The position numbers were made by a program, and so were the translations under genes. A stretch of 44,074 bases of DNA, from positions 1 to 44,074 of the forward strand of contig QNXU01000133.1 of NCBI GenBank assembly GCA_003973485.1, written 5' to 3'. Below, one piece after another: positions 28,064 to 37,935 of the stretch. The notes beneath the pieces were generated by a model that saw nothing but the letters and a program-made list of their open reading frames with translations, was not told the origin of the DNA and ran no database searches. This DNA comes from Bacteroidota bacterium. Its GTDB lineage: Bacteria; Bacteroidota; Bacteroidia; Cytophagales; Cyclobacteriaceae. Position 1 is the first letter of the stretch. Each line of letters starts with the position of its first letter.

Positions 28064-30088
28064 TTATTTCTTATCACGTAATTTTTGAAGTTCTTGCCAC
28101 TCGTCTCTTAACCTCGCGGCCTCAATAAAATCAAGGTCTTTTGCAGCTTTCTCCATTTTCTTTTTAGTGGAGGCAATCATTTTATCCAAGCCCGCCTTAT
28201 CCATGTATTGAACTACAGGATCTGCGGCCACGGAAGTTTCCTCTATGCCGGCATAATATTTCTGTTGAGAAGTTTTTTTAGAATCAACAGCAACCGTTTG
28301 ACCTAAAATGCTTTCCCTTGATTTGAATACAGTTTTAGGAGTAATTCCATGTTCTTCATTATAAGCTTTTTGAATGGCTCTCCTTCTATTGGTTTCATCC
28401 ATCGCTTGTTGCATGGAATCGGTAATTTTGTCGGCATACATAATCACTTTCCCTTTTTCATTTCTAGCTGCACGACCAATAGTCTGAACCAGGGAACGTT
28501 GGTTTCTTAAAAAGCCCTCTTTATCTGCATCCAATATTGCTACTAAGGAGACTTCTGGTAAATCTAATCCTTCTCTCAATAAATTCACACCTACTAAAAC
28601 ATCAAATTCACCTAATCTTAAATCTCTAAGAATCTCTACCCTATCTAAAGTGTCTACTTCAGAGTGAATATAGCGAGACTTAATACCAGCTCTACCTAAA
28701 AATTTGTGTAATTCCTCTGCCATTCTTTTGGTTAAAGTAGTGCACAATACTCGCTCATTTAACTTTACTCTCTCATCAATTTCTTCCAATAAATCATCAA
28801 TTTGATTCCCACTTGGTCGCACATCAATTTCCGGGTCTAATAAGCCAGTTGGTCTAATCACTTGTTCTACTACTGTTCCTTCTGTTTTTCTTAATTCATA
28901 TTCAGCAGGAGTAGCACTCACAAATACTGTTTGCCCTATTAAGTTCTCGAATTCGTCAAATTTCAAAGGTCTATTGTCCATAGCAGAAGGCAACCTATAG
29001 CCATAATCCACCAAATTAATTTTCCTTGCTCTATCTCCTCCATACATTGCTCGTACTTGCGGCACGGTAACATGGCTCTCATCAATTACCATCAAAAAAT
29101 CATCAGGAAAGTAATCCAATAAGCAGAAAGGCCTCGTGCCCGGAGTTCTTCTGTCAAAATAACGGGAGTAGTTCTCCACTCCTGAACAGTAGCCTAATTC
29201 TCGCATCATTTCAATATCAAATTCAGTTCTTTCTTGCAATCTTTTTGCTTCTAAAAACCTTCCGTCACGCTCAAAGAATTTGACCTGTTCCACCATATCA
29301 TCCTGGATTTCTTTTATGGCTTGGTGCAATACATCTTTTCCCGTTACAAAGAGATTGGCAGGAAAAATACTGATGATTTTTTCTTCGGAGATTTTCTTTC
29401 CGGTTTCGGGGTCAATTCGTTGGATTGATTCAATTTCATCTCCCCAAAACATTATTCGATAAGCGAAATCGGCATAGGCAACAAAGATATCTACCGTATC
29501 TCCTTTTACTCTAAAAGTTCCTCTTTTGAATTCTGCCGTGGTTCTATTGTAAAGAATGTCCACAAAAGCAAACAGCAATTGATTTCGAGGAACCTTATCT
29601 CCTTGCTGTAACCGGATAATGTTTTTCCCAAACTCTTCAGGATTCCCAATACCATATATGCAAGATACGGACGCAACCACAATCACATCTCTCCTTCCTG
29701 AAAGCAAAGCAGAAGTTGCGCTTAACCTAAGTTTTTCTATTTCCTCATTAATGGAGAGATCTTTTTCTATATATACATTGCTAGAAGGAATAAAGGCCTC
29801 TGGTTGATAATAGTCATAATAAGAAATGAAATATTCTACAGCATTCTCTGGAAAAAACTGTTTGAACTCACCATAAAGCTGTGCAGCTAAGGTTTTATTA
29901 TGGCTTAAAATTAGGGTCGGTTTTTGAACACGTTCAATTAAATTCGCTATGGTAAATGTTTTCCCAGAGCCGGTTACTCCCAAAAGAACCTGATCTTTTT
30001 CACCTTCTTCAACTCCTTTTTGAAGTTCTTCAATAGCCTTTGGTTGGTCTCCTGTAGGTTGGTATTCACTTATGATTTTAAAATCCAT
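28064..30088 (-). CDS. uvrB: Excinuclease ABC subunit B
   Basis: [29 protein letters not shown] and C-terminal UVR domain. Confidence 0.99.
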   Translation of the reverse strand: MDFKIISEYQPTGDQPKAIEELQKGVEEGEKDQVLLGVTGSGKTFTIANLIERVQKPTLILSHNKTLAAQLYGEFKQFFPENAVEYFISYYDYYQPEAFIPSSNVYIEKDLSINEEIEKLRLSATSALLSGRRDVIVVASVSCIYGIGNPEEFGKNIIRLQQGDKVPRNQLLFAFVDILYNRTTAEFKRGTFRVKGDTVDIFVAYADFAYRIMFWGDEIESIQRIDPETGKKISEEKIISIFPANLFVTGKDVLHQAIKEIQDDMVEQVKFFERDGRFLEAKRLQERTEFDIEMMRELGYCSGVENYSRYFDRRTPGTRPFCLLDYFPDDFLMVIDESHVTVPQVRAMYGGDRARKINLVDYGYRLPSAMDNRPLKFDEFENLIGQTVFVSATPAEYELRKTEGTVVEQVIRPTGLLDPEIDVRPSGNQIDDLLEEIDERVKLNERVLCTTLTKRMAEELHKFLGRAGIKSRYIHSEVDTLDRVEILRDLRLGEFDVLVGVNLLREGLDLPEVSLVAILDADKEGFLRNQRSLVQTIGRAARNEKGKVIMYADKITDSMQQAMDETNRRRAIQKAYNEEHGITPKTVFKSRESILGQTVAVDSKKTSQQKYYAGIEETSVAADPVVQYMDKAGLDKMIASTKKKMEKAAKDLDFIEAARLRDEWQELQKLRDKK

Positions 30089-30126
30089 ACTTAGAACAAA
30101 CGATTAAGTTGGAAAATGTTTGAGAA

Positions 30127-30134
30127 CAAAGATA
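30127..30134 (-). promoter_or_regulatory. -7 element for uvrB
   Basis: Reverse complement reads TATCTTTG, about 40 nt upstream of the ATG. Confidence 0.55.
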
Positions 30135-30207
30135 AATAGATTTTAACCTTGTAAGTAGCTTATTTTCACTAATGTCATGGCCAATTATTGATTATAAGGT
30201 TTAGGAA

Positions 30208-30223
30208 TGTAACAATCATCACA
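30208..30223. promoter_or_regulatory. Crp/Fnr-type operator candidate upstream of the DUF302 gene
   Basis: TGTAA-CAATCA-TCACA matches TGTGA-N6-TCACA at 9 of 10 positions. Confidence 0.45.
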
Positions 30224-30310
30224 TATATCGATTTGATTATGAGATTTAGTGGATTAAATTAATCAATAATACAAGAGTGCCGTTAGTATTATAAAAGAAA
30301 AACAAGAGAT

Positions 30311-30700
30311 ATGAATTACTATAATTCGAAGATTATAAAAGGGAAAGATTTCAATGCAGTAAGAAATGATGTAGAAGCGGCCTTGAAAAATGAAGGTTTT
30401 GGCGTTTTAACTGAAATTGATTTTAAAGCAACAATGAAGAAAAAGTTAGATAAAGATTATCTTCCTCACGTAATTTTAGGAGCTTGTAATCCTACTTATG
30501 CTGATAAAGTAGTTTCAATTGAGCCTCATATTAGCACAATGTTGCCATGCAATGTCACCATAAGAGAAATGGATAATGGAGATATCGAAGTGTCGGCTAT
30601 GGATCCTGCTGCTGCCATGAAAGTGGTGGAAAACGATGAAATTGTTCAGCATGCTCAGGAGGTAAATGAATTGCTAAAGAATGTTTTAAAAGCTATATAA
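30311..30700 (+). CDS. DUF302 domain protein
   Basis: GFGVLTEID, ILGACNP, MLPCNV. Confidence 0.88.
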   Translation: MNYYNSKIIKGKDFNAVRNDVEAALKNEGFGVLTEIDFKATMKKKLDKDYLPHVILGACNPTYADKVVSIEPHISTMLPCNVTIREMDNGDIEVSAMDPAAAMKVVENDEIVQHAQEVNELLKNVLKAI

Positions 30701-30708
30701 ACGAAATG

Positions 30709-30733
30709 AAGGGTAACAAATCTGTTGCCCTTT
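30709..30733. terminator. Terminator hairpin between DUF302 and CNNM genes
   Basis: AAGGGTAACA / TGTTGCCCTT stem with a 4-nt loop. Confidence 0.65.
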
Positions 30734-31703
30734 AATCAAATTCATCTTCAATATCACCCACAATAGTTTCTACTAAATTTTCTAAGGTTATCATTCCGAT
30801 AATTTTATCCTCATTAGATTTTACCATAGAGATGTGAAATCTATTTTCATTCATTTTTTTCAATAGATTAATGATGGGGGTTTTTTCATTTATGAAAATG
30901 ATTGGTCTAATAAATTCTGTTAATTTATTCTCTGTGTCCTCCTTATCATTTAAAGCTATTTCCTTAAAATTAATATAGCCGTATACATCTTCTATAGAGT
31001 CGGTTCTACTGATAGGGTATCGAGTATGCTTATGTCTACTAGCTAAGTTGAAATATTTATCGAAACTGATATTCTCTTTGAAGAAGATGATTTTATCCAC
31101 AGGTAGCATGATTTCTTTTACAAACCGTTTTTTTAATGTAGAAGTATTAATGATAATGTTTTCCTGATCAGTATCTATTATTTTCTCCATTTTGGCCATT
31201 CTTGCAATTGTTCTCATATCATCTAAGCTGTAAGGATTGCTTTTTTTTCTTTTTCCAACCAATAGTTTTGTGAATGCTTGAGTAATTACAATAAATGGAT
31301 GCAGAATTTTAATGATTAATTGCAAAGGCCAAGCCATTTTCTTTGAAATCAGATTTGATTTATTAACACCAATTACTTTTGGTATGATTTCAGTGCCAAA
31401 AAGAATCACAATAGTAAAGATCACCGAAAATATCCAGATATATTTCTCTCCATAAATTGCATCAAAAGCACTTCCTGCTATTGTGGCTCCTCCAGTATGG
31501 GCAATGGTGTTGAGTATAAGAATGGCAGAGATAGGTCTATCAATATTAGATTTGAGCTTATGCATTATTTTAGCATAAGTCATTCCTTTCTCTTTATCAG
31601 TTTCAATCTTGACCTTATCTACACTAAGCAGAACTGCTTCGGCCATGGAGCATAAGAATGAGACAAAAACTGCAACGAATGTACTTACAACAAATACAAG
31701 CAT
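30732..31703 (-). CDS. CNNM/CorB-type membrane protein (DUF21 + CBS pair, no C-terminal CorC domain)
   Basis: SFLCSMAEA, ILILNT, TEIIPK, HTRYP; ends at ITLENLVETIVGDIEDEFD. Confidence 0.88.
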   Translation of the reverse strand: MLVFVVSTFVAVFVSFLCSMAEAVLLSVDKVKIETDKEKGMTYAKIMHKLKSNIDRPISAILILNTIAHTGGATIAGSAFDAIYGEKYIWIFSVIFTIVILFGTEIIPKVIGVNKSNLISKKMAWPLQLIIKILHPFIVITQAFTKLLVGKRKKSNPYSLDDMRTIARMAKMEKIIDTDQENIIINTSTLKKRFVKEIMLPVDKIIFFKENISFDKYFNLASRHKHTRYPISRTDSIEDVYGYINFKEIALNDKEDTENKLTEFIRPIIFINEKTPIINLLKKMNENRFHISMVKSNEDKIIGMITLENLVETIVGDIEDEFD

Positions 31704-31739
31704 AGTAATTTAGTTTTAATCTAAAGACAAGGCTCAAAT

Positions 31740-33062
31740 CTAATTTTTAGTAAATACCCTTACTCTTTTTATTCTCTTTTGATCTACTGCAACAACAGTA
31801 AAGGTGAAGTTTTTGAATTTGATTTTTTCTCCAGTACGAGGCAATTTGCTATTGATTTCTAGGATTAATCCACCTAAAGACTCGCTTTCGCCCTTTATTT
31901 CATCAAAAGTGCTGGGTTCCTCATTTATAATCTTACAGAAATCATTTAAGGAGGTTCTTCCTTCAAAAATATAGGTGTAATCATCAAGTTTATTGTAGGC
32001 TACATCCATATCCTCATCAAACTCATCATTAATTTCCCCTACAATTTCTTCAATCACATCTTCCAAAGTGATGAGGCCTGAAGTTCCTCCATATTCATCC
32101 ACCACTATGGCCATGTGAACTCTTTTTTCCTGAAAGTCTTTCAATAGGCTATCAACTTTCTTAGATTCCGGAACGAAAAAACCAGGTCTTAAGAGACTTT
32201 GCCATTCAAAATTGTCTTCCTTTTCTATATAAGGCAATAAGTCTTTAACATATAGAACACCTTCAATTTTGTCAATGGTATCTCTGTAAACAGGAATTCT
32301 GCTAAACCCATTTTTATTGATTTGATCCATCAACATGTGATAATCATCCTCAATATCAAAAGCCGTGATGTCCAATCGTGATTTCATGACCTGTCGGACA
32401 GAAAGCGTCCCGAAATTCACTATTCCTTTTAAAATTCCTTTTTCTTCCTCTGTGGTATCTTTGTCAGCAGTAATTTCCAGTGCATGATGCAATTCATCAA
32501 TCGAAACACTAAATCCTTTCTGTTCAACTCTTTTCTCTATAATTCCACTTAAACTCATTAAAGGAATTGAAATAGGGCTAAACACCTTAGCTGAGAAGTT
32601 TAATGGGAAGGCCATTCTGGAAGCAAAGCTTAAATTATTCTGATTTGCATATACTTTTGGAACTATTTCACCATAGAAAACAATTAGAAAAGTAATTATA
32701 GCGGTTAAAGTCACCACTAATAAGCCTTCAGTTTCTTTAGTGCCTACAATTTCCCAGGTAACATAAGTAGAAAGTGTAACTATGCCTACGTTAATGAAAT
32801 TGTTTAAAATCAGAATAGTAGCTAATAAACGCTTCGGGTTTTTTAATAGCTCCAGAATTGTTTGTTCTTTTGGCTGGTTGCTGGTTTTACATTTTGCTAA
32901 ATCTTCATGAGACAAGGAAAAGAAAGCAACCTCAGAGCCTGAAACAAGTGCTGACATCATTAGTAAAAACATCATCAATATAGTATTGATGATGTAAAAC
33001 CAATGATTGCCGTTTTCGGCTATACTTGTTAATAAAAATATACTAGGGGAAGGGTCTTCCAA
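31740..33062 (-). CDS. gldE: Gliding motility-associated protein GldE (DUF21-CBS-CorC)
   Basis: SGSEVAFFSL, GEIVPKVYA, LKGIVNFG, VVDEYGGTSG and a CorC tail; follows mutY-ssb; TTG start. Confidence 0.85.
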   Translation of the reverse strand: MEDPSPSIFLLTSIAENGNHWFYIINTILMMFLLMMSALVSGSEVAFFSLSHEDLAKCKTSNQPKEQTILELLKNPKRLLATILILNNFINVGIVTLSTYVTWEIVGTKETEGLLVVTLTAIITFLIVFYGEIVPKVYANQNNLSFASRMAFPLNFSAKVFSPISIPLMSLSGIIEKRVEQKGFSVSIDELHHALEITADKDTTEEEKGILKGIVNFGTLSVRQVMKSRLDITAFDIEDDYHMLMDQINKNGFSRIPVYRDTIDKIEGVLYVKDLLPYIEKEDNFEWQSLLRPGFFVPESKKVDSLLKDFQEKRVHMAIVVDEYGGTSGLITLEDVIEEIVGEINDEFDEDMDVAYNKLDDYTYIFEGRTSLNDFCKIINEEPSTFDEIKGESESLGGLILEINSKLPRTGEKIKFKNFTFTVVAVDQKRIKRVRVFTKN

Positions 33063-33079
33063 TTTTTATAATAATTTAA

Positions 33080-33535
33080 TTAAAATGGTAAATCATCCAT
33101 TTCACTGTTGGTATCTGGGGTTTGGCTAGTTGCCGCTGCCTGTTGGTTATTTGATTGGTTACCTCCAGCATAATTTGAAGATTGTCCCGAATCGTCATTA
33201 TTCTTTTTGCCACCAAGCATTGTCATTTGGTCGCCTACAACTTCCGTTGTGTACCTAGTAACTCCGTCTTTCTCCCAAGATCTGGTTCTAAGTTTACCTT
33301 CAATATAAACACTATCGCCCTTTTTCAAGTATTTTTCAGCTATTTCTGCTAAACCTCTCCAAAGCACAATGTTGTGCCATTCTGTTTGATCAACTCTTTC
33401 TCCTGAATTGCGGTCTTTATAGGTTTCGGTTGTTGCTATTGAAAAATTTGCAACGGAAGCTCCGTTGTCCAAGTGTCTTACTTCTGGGTCTTTACCCAAA
33501 TTTCCAATCAAAATGACTTTGTTTACTCCTTGCAT
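33080..33535 (-). CDS. ssb: Single-stranded DNA-binding protein
   Basis: [20 protein letters not shown]-terminal DDLPF. Confidence 0.98.
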   Translation of the reverse strand: MQGVNKVILIGNLGKDPEVRHLDNGASVANFSIATTETYKDRNSGERVDQTEWHNIVLWRGLAEIAEKYLKKGDSVYIEGKLRTRSWEKDGVTRYTTEVVGDQMTMLGGKKNNDDSGQSSNYAGGNQSNNQQAAATSQTPDTNSEMDDLPF

Positions 33536-33638
33536 AAATTAAAAAGTTTTAGTTCAAAATTATAGTTAATAGTTGAAGAAAACTGCTTTTTTCAAGGAAA
33601 TATTTTAAAGCAGCTAAAATCTTCAAGTATAAATTTAC

Positions 33639-34685
33639 CTAAATATTTTTGCTTGTCAAATAATTCTCAATCAATCTGGGTTTTGGGAGTTCTTCAATTT
33701 GTTGTTTTGTGTAATACTTTAAACTATTATCATTCAAAATATTTTCAGTAGTAGATTTTAATTCAACAAATACAGCTTCCAGTCGCTGATGCGATAGAAT
33801 ATGTTTTACGGGTTCAGATATTTCAACTATTTCAATGTCTTTATATAGCGTATCTATTTTATATATTATATCCTCAGTAGACAAGGCTTTATCTGATTCG
33901 ATTAATTCAAAATCAAATAGACCTTGCCATATATCGCTTTCCCCTCTTTTTTTCATAGCCAATTTCCCTCCTTCTTGCCATATTAAATAGTAAAGGTATC
34001 TGTGCTTAATCTTAATTTTTTTCTTTTTGACAGGCAATTCTGATTGTTTATGATGAATTCTTGCTTCGCAATCTTGTGCTAAGGGGCAATTTTCACAAGC
34101 TGGTTTTTTAGGCGTGCAAATGGTGGCTCCTAATTCCATTATTGCTTGATTAAAAGAAGCAGCTTGTTCTTCTGGAATCAATTCCTTGGCAATATTGAAA
34201 AACTTAGTAAATGTTTTTGGTTGAGCGATGTCGTCAGTGACGCAAAAATATCTTGCAAGTACTCTAAAAACATTTCCATCAACTACTGGCACAGCCTGAT
34301 TAAATGCGAAAGAGGCGATTGCAGCAGCCGTATATTTACCAACACCTTTGAGTTTTAACAATTCATTATAGGTAGACGGGAATTCACCATCATATTGATT
34401 GACTATTGATTTAGCACATTCATGTAAATTTCTTGCTCTAGAATAATAACCTAATCCTTGCCACAATCTCATAACTTCATCTTCTGGAGCATTTGCTAAA
34501 TCATGTACTGAAGGATATTCATTAATGAATTTATTATAATAAGGTAAGCCTTGATTTACTCTGGTTTGTTGTAAAATAATTTCGGAGAGCCAAATTTTAT
34601 AGGGCGCTGAAGTATTTCTCCAGGGCAAGTCTCTTTGGTGATTGTTATACCAGTTTATAAGAAGGTTTGCGAAGCTTTGCGTCAT
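33639..34685 (-). CDS. mutY: A/G-specific adenine glycosylase
   Basis: SEIILQQT, GLGYYSRA, HhH LKGVGKYTA, VVDGNV, Fe-S motif CxxxxxxCxxCxxxxxC. Confidence 0.97.
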   Translation of the reverse strand: MTQSFANLLINWYNNHQRDLPWRNTSAPYKIWLSEIILQQTRVNQGLPYYNKFINEYPSVHDLANAPEDEVMRLWQGLGYYSRARNLHECAKSIVNQYDGEFPSTYNELLKLKGVGKYTAAAIASFAFNQAVPVVDGNVFRVLARYFCVTDDIAQPKTFTKFFNIAKELIPEEQAASFNQAIMELGATICTPKKPACENCPLAQDCEARIHHKQSELPVKKKKIKIKHRYLYYLIWQEGGKLAMKKRGESDIWQGLFDFELIESDKALSTEDIIYKIDTLYKDIEIVEISEPVKHILSHQRLEAVFVELKSTTENILNDNSLKYYTKQQIEELPKPRLIENYLTSKNI

Positions 34686-34856
34686 ATAAATACAAATATG
34701 CGAATTAATAAGGTAAATAAATAAAGAATAAAAAGTTGAAGTAATTCATAAGTTTTTTGTATAAATTGCTGATAATTAAAAAGTTAAAATTTAATTATCG
34801 ATTTAAAGCTTACATATCTTTAAAAGATTTTACTTTTAAATTCAAAAATGTAGGGT

Positions 34857-34864
34857 TACCTTTG
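34857..34864 (+). promoter_or_regulatory. -7 element for the HU operon
   Basis: TACCTTTG(C), 54 nt before the GTG start. Confidence 0.6.
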
Positions 34865-34918
34865 CAGACCCAAAATGAAAGGGAGAAATTTTTTTAATAA
34901 TTTAAATCAAAAATAAGC

Positions 34919-35218
34919 GTGACTAAAGCAGACGTTATATCAGAAATTTCTGAAAAAACAGGTATAGACAAAGCAGATGTAACCGCTACAGTAGAAGCAT
35001 TTTTCTCTGTTGTGAAGGATTCAATGGCTGATGGTGAAAATATTTACGTCAGAGGCTTTGGAAGTTTTGTGAATAAGAAAAGAGCTAAAAAAATTGCTCG
35101 AAATATTTCAAAAAATACTGCTATCGTTATTGACGAGCATTATGTGCCTAGTTTTAAGCCATCAAAAGTTTTTGTGGAAAAAATCAAAAGCTCCAATAAG
35201 ATAACTGAAGAGATTTAA
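34919..35218 (+). CDS. HU/IHF family DNA-binding protein
   Basis: MTKADVI, VRGFGSF, ARNI, PSFKPSK; GTG start. Confidence 0.95.
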   Translation: MTKADVISEISEKTGIDKADVTATVEAFFSVVKDSMADGENIYVRGFGSFVNKKRAKKIARNISKNTAIVIDEHYVPSFKPSKVFVEKIKSSNKITEEI

Positions 35219-35226
35219 GTTCCGAT

Positions 35227-36051
35227 ATGCTAAAGTCCCGAATCATATTAATCGTTATTGCCATTGCTTTAGTAGCTGTTTTTTTCAGTTTACCTAAAGT
35301 TGTGGTTGATAATGAGAATGAAAACATTGAAAATGGGGCTCAACAGGCCGAGGAAAATACGTCTTCTTCATCTTCAACAAGCGATATTGTGGCTGAATCT
35401 CATGGGGGAGATATCCCAAAAGAGGTTAAGGAAGATATTGAGCGGCTAAGAAATAGTTATTTGTTAGCTGAAAATCAAGAAAATAGTTCTATATTTGCGG
35501 ATTCTTTAGCTAATGTGTTTAGAGACCTTAATAGGTTAGATAGTGCTGCTAAATATGTTGAGTTATCTAAGGAAGACAATGAATTAATAGGGAACGCCTA
35601 TTATGAAGCGTTTAGTTTTGCTGCAGATGCCCAAAAGGCGGAGAAATTGGCGGTTAAAACTAGAGAATATTTGCAAAAAGTATTGGATGAAAGTCCTTCA
35701 AATAATAGTGCTAAAATCAAATTGGCAATGACTTATGTTTCTTCTGACAATCCAATGAAAGGAATTTCAATGTTGTTGGAAGTGATAGAAGAAGATCCCA
35801 ATAATGAGGAAGCCTTATTTAATTTAGGAATTCTTTCAATTCAATCGGGTCAGTATAGCAAAGCTATCGAACGATTTGAAAAGCTATTAAAACATCATCC
35901 TGAAAACATACAGGCGGAGTTCTATTTGGCTTTAAGTTTAATGAATAACGGGCAAAAGGCAAAAGCCAAGAAGTTATTTACAGAAATTAAAAATAAAAGT
36001 AATGACGAGCAACTGTTAGCAGCTGTTGAGAGTTACTTGAATGAATTATAA
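35227..36051 (+). CDS. Membrane-anchored TPR protein
   Basis: N-terminal TM helix, low-complexity linker, C-terminal TPRs (ALFNLG..YSKAIERFEK). Confidence 0.85.
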   Translation: MLKSRIILIVIAIALVAVFFSLPKVVVDNENENIENGAQQAEENTSSSSSTSDIVAESHGGDIPKEVKEDIERLRNSYLLAENQENSSIFADSLANVFRDLNRLDSAAKYVELSKEDNELIGNAYYEAFSFAADAQKAEKLAVKTREYLQKVLDESPSNNSAKIKLAMTYVSSDNPMKGISMLLEVIEEDPNNEEALFNLGILSIQSGQYSKAIERFEKLLKHHPENIQAEFYLALSLMNNGQKAKAKKLFTEIKNKSNDEQLLAAVESYLNEL

Positions 36052-36081
36052 TAAAATTGTTTAACAAAAAATTTTAAAGTT

Positions 36082-36174
36082 ATGCCTTGCGGTAAAAAAA
36101 GAAAAAGACACAAGATTTCAACTCATAAGAGAAAGAAAAGACTAAGAAAAAACAGACATAAGACCAAGAAGTAA
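36082..36174 (+). CDS. 30S ribosomal protein bS22 (AURKAIP1/COX24-like basic peptide)
   Basis: Hand-translated ATG..TAA: MPCGKKRKRHKISTHKRKKRLRKNRHKTKK (30 aa), with an A/T-rich leader; below the ORF-track size cut-off. Confidence 0.88.
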   Translation: MPCGKKRKRHKISTHKRKKRLRKNRHKTKK

Positions 36175-36238
36175 TCATTACTTCTTGTTGTCTTTTTATA
36201 AGACTTTTTTTTAGTTTTTCACTTAAACTTATTGAGCT

Positions 36239-37792
36239 TTGAGCAATGAATTAATTATTAATTCAACTCAAAATGGCAGTCGTATTGCCCTTCTGAATGA
36301 TAGGAATCTTATTGAGATTCATTATGATAATAAAGAAGAGCAGTTTAGTGTGGGTGATATTTATTTAGGGAACGTCCGTAAAGTAATGCAGGGCTTGAAT
36401 GCTGCATTTGTGGACGTGGGTTATGAAAAGGATGCATTTTTGCATTATCATGACCTAGGACCGAAGGTGAACTCACTTTTAAAATATACTAAATTTGCCA
36501 CTACTCGTAATAACACCTCATACAAATTAAGTAAGTTCAAATTAGAGCCTGAGATTGATAAATTAGGTAAAATCTCGCAAGTGCTATCTAAGAACAAACA
36601 GGTGTTGGTTCAGGTTATTAAAGAACCTATCTCTACGAAAGGGCCAAGACTATCATGCGAGTTGTCACTAGCAGGAAGGTATTTGGTATTAGTACCATTT
36701 GCCAATGGAATAAGCATATCCAAAAAGATATCTACAAGTGAGGAACGTAAAAGACTCACAAGATTAATTTCCTCCATCAAGCCAGAGAATTTTGGTGTGA
36801 TTATCCGGACCGTTGCTGAAGGTAAAGAGGTAGCAGAACTGGATACAGACCTAAGAAATTTATTGGATACTTGGGAAAATGGAGTTAAAAAGCTTAAAGA
36901 TGCTAAGCCAAAAGATAAAATTATTGGTGAAGTAGGAAGAGCGTCTTCTATTCTCAGGGATATGATGAATGAATCTTTCGACAGCATCCATGTGGATGAT
37001 GAAGAAACTTTCAAAGAAATTCAGACCTATATTCAGAAAATTGATCCGAGTAAAGAGAAAATTTTAAAGCTCTATACTGGAAGAAACAAGATTTTTGAAC
37101 ATTTCGGAATTGAAAGACAATTAAAATCATTATTTGGTCAGTCTGTTAATATAAAAGGTGGCGGTTATCTCATAATTGAGCATACCGAAGCTTTACATGT
37201 GATTGATGTTAATAGTGGTAATAAATCTAGCAATGAGGAAAGTCAGGAAGATACGGCCTTAAATACAAACCTGGAGGCAGCAAAAGAGATTGCGCGTCAG
37301 TTGCGATTAAGAGATATGGGCGGGATTATAGTTGTTGATTTTATCGACATGAAAAATCCTGATAACAAAAAACTTCTTTTCAAAAAGATGAAGGAGTTTA
37401 TGGAAACCGACCGCTCTAAGCATACTGTTCTTCCTTTATCAAAATTTGGATTAATGCAGGTTACTCGACAAAGAGTAAGACCTGAATTAAATATTGTAAC
37501 TAAGGAAAGCTGTCCTACTTGTAATGGTACTGGAAAAATAACGGCTTCAATATTAGTTTCAGATAAAATTGAGCAAGATTTGGATTACTTGTTAACAAAA
37601 CAAAATGAGAAATCTCTAAGCCTTGCAATTCACCCATTTTTATATTCCTATTACACAAAAGGTATTATTTCCTTACGTGTAAAATGGTTCTTTAAATATG
37701 GCAAATGGATTAAGTTAATACAAGATAGTTCATTAGCCTTAACGGAATATCATTTTATGAATTCAAATCAGGAATTGATAGAAATGGAATAA
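36239..37792 (+). CDS. Rne/Rng family ribonuclease (RNase G-sized)
   Basis: S1 domain AAFVDVG, KGPRL, IDVNSG, DFIDM and CPTCNGTG zinc link; TTG start. Confidence 0.95.
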   Translation: MSNELIINSTQNGSRIALLNDRNLIEIHYDNKEEQFSVGDIYLGNVRKVMQGLNAAFVDVGYEKDAFLHYHDLGPKVNSLLKYTKFATTRNNTSYKLSKFKLEPEIDKLGKISQVLSKNKQVLVQVIKEPISTKGPRLSCELSLAGRYLVLVPFANGISISKKISTSEERKRLTRLISSIKPENFGVIIRTVAEGKEVAELDTDLRNLLDTWENGVKKLKDAKPKDKIIGEVGRASSILRDMMNESFDSIHVDDEETFKEIQTYIQKIDPSKEKILKLYTGRNKIFEHFGIERQLKSLFGQSVNIKGGGYLIIEHTEALHVIDVNSGNKSSNEESQEDTALNTNLEAAKEIARQLRLRDMGGIIVVDFIDMKNPDNKKLLFKKMKEFMETDRSKHTVLPLSKFGLMQVTRQRVRPELNIVTKESCPTCNGTGKITASILVSDKIEQDLDYLLTKQNEKSLSLAIHPFLYSYYTKGIISLRVKWFFKYGKWIKLIQDSSLALTEYHFMNSNQELIEME

Positions 37793-37815
37793 AACATCTT
37801 AAATTGTATTATTTC

Positions 37816-37853
37816 AATAGCCCATATTTTTATTAAAAGTATGGGCTATTTTT
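37816..37853 (+). terminator. Intrinsic terminator after rng
   Basis: AATAGCCCATATTTT / AAAGTATGGGCTATT stem followed by a T tract. Confidence 0.8.
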
Positions 37854-37935
37854 ATTGTATATTACATCGAAGTCAAATGCACGTTAGTCTAAGATATTTT
37901 TTGGGTAGTTAAAAATTATCTAAATTTAGGGAATA

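Noticed and set aside
30089-30200. SOS box upstream of uvrB
   Set aside because: I recognised no convincing LexA-type palindrome.
35360-35382. TCT-rich microrepeat in the TPR gene
   Set aside because: It encodes an in-frame poly-Ser linker; imperfect and not a phase-variation tract.
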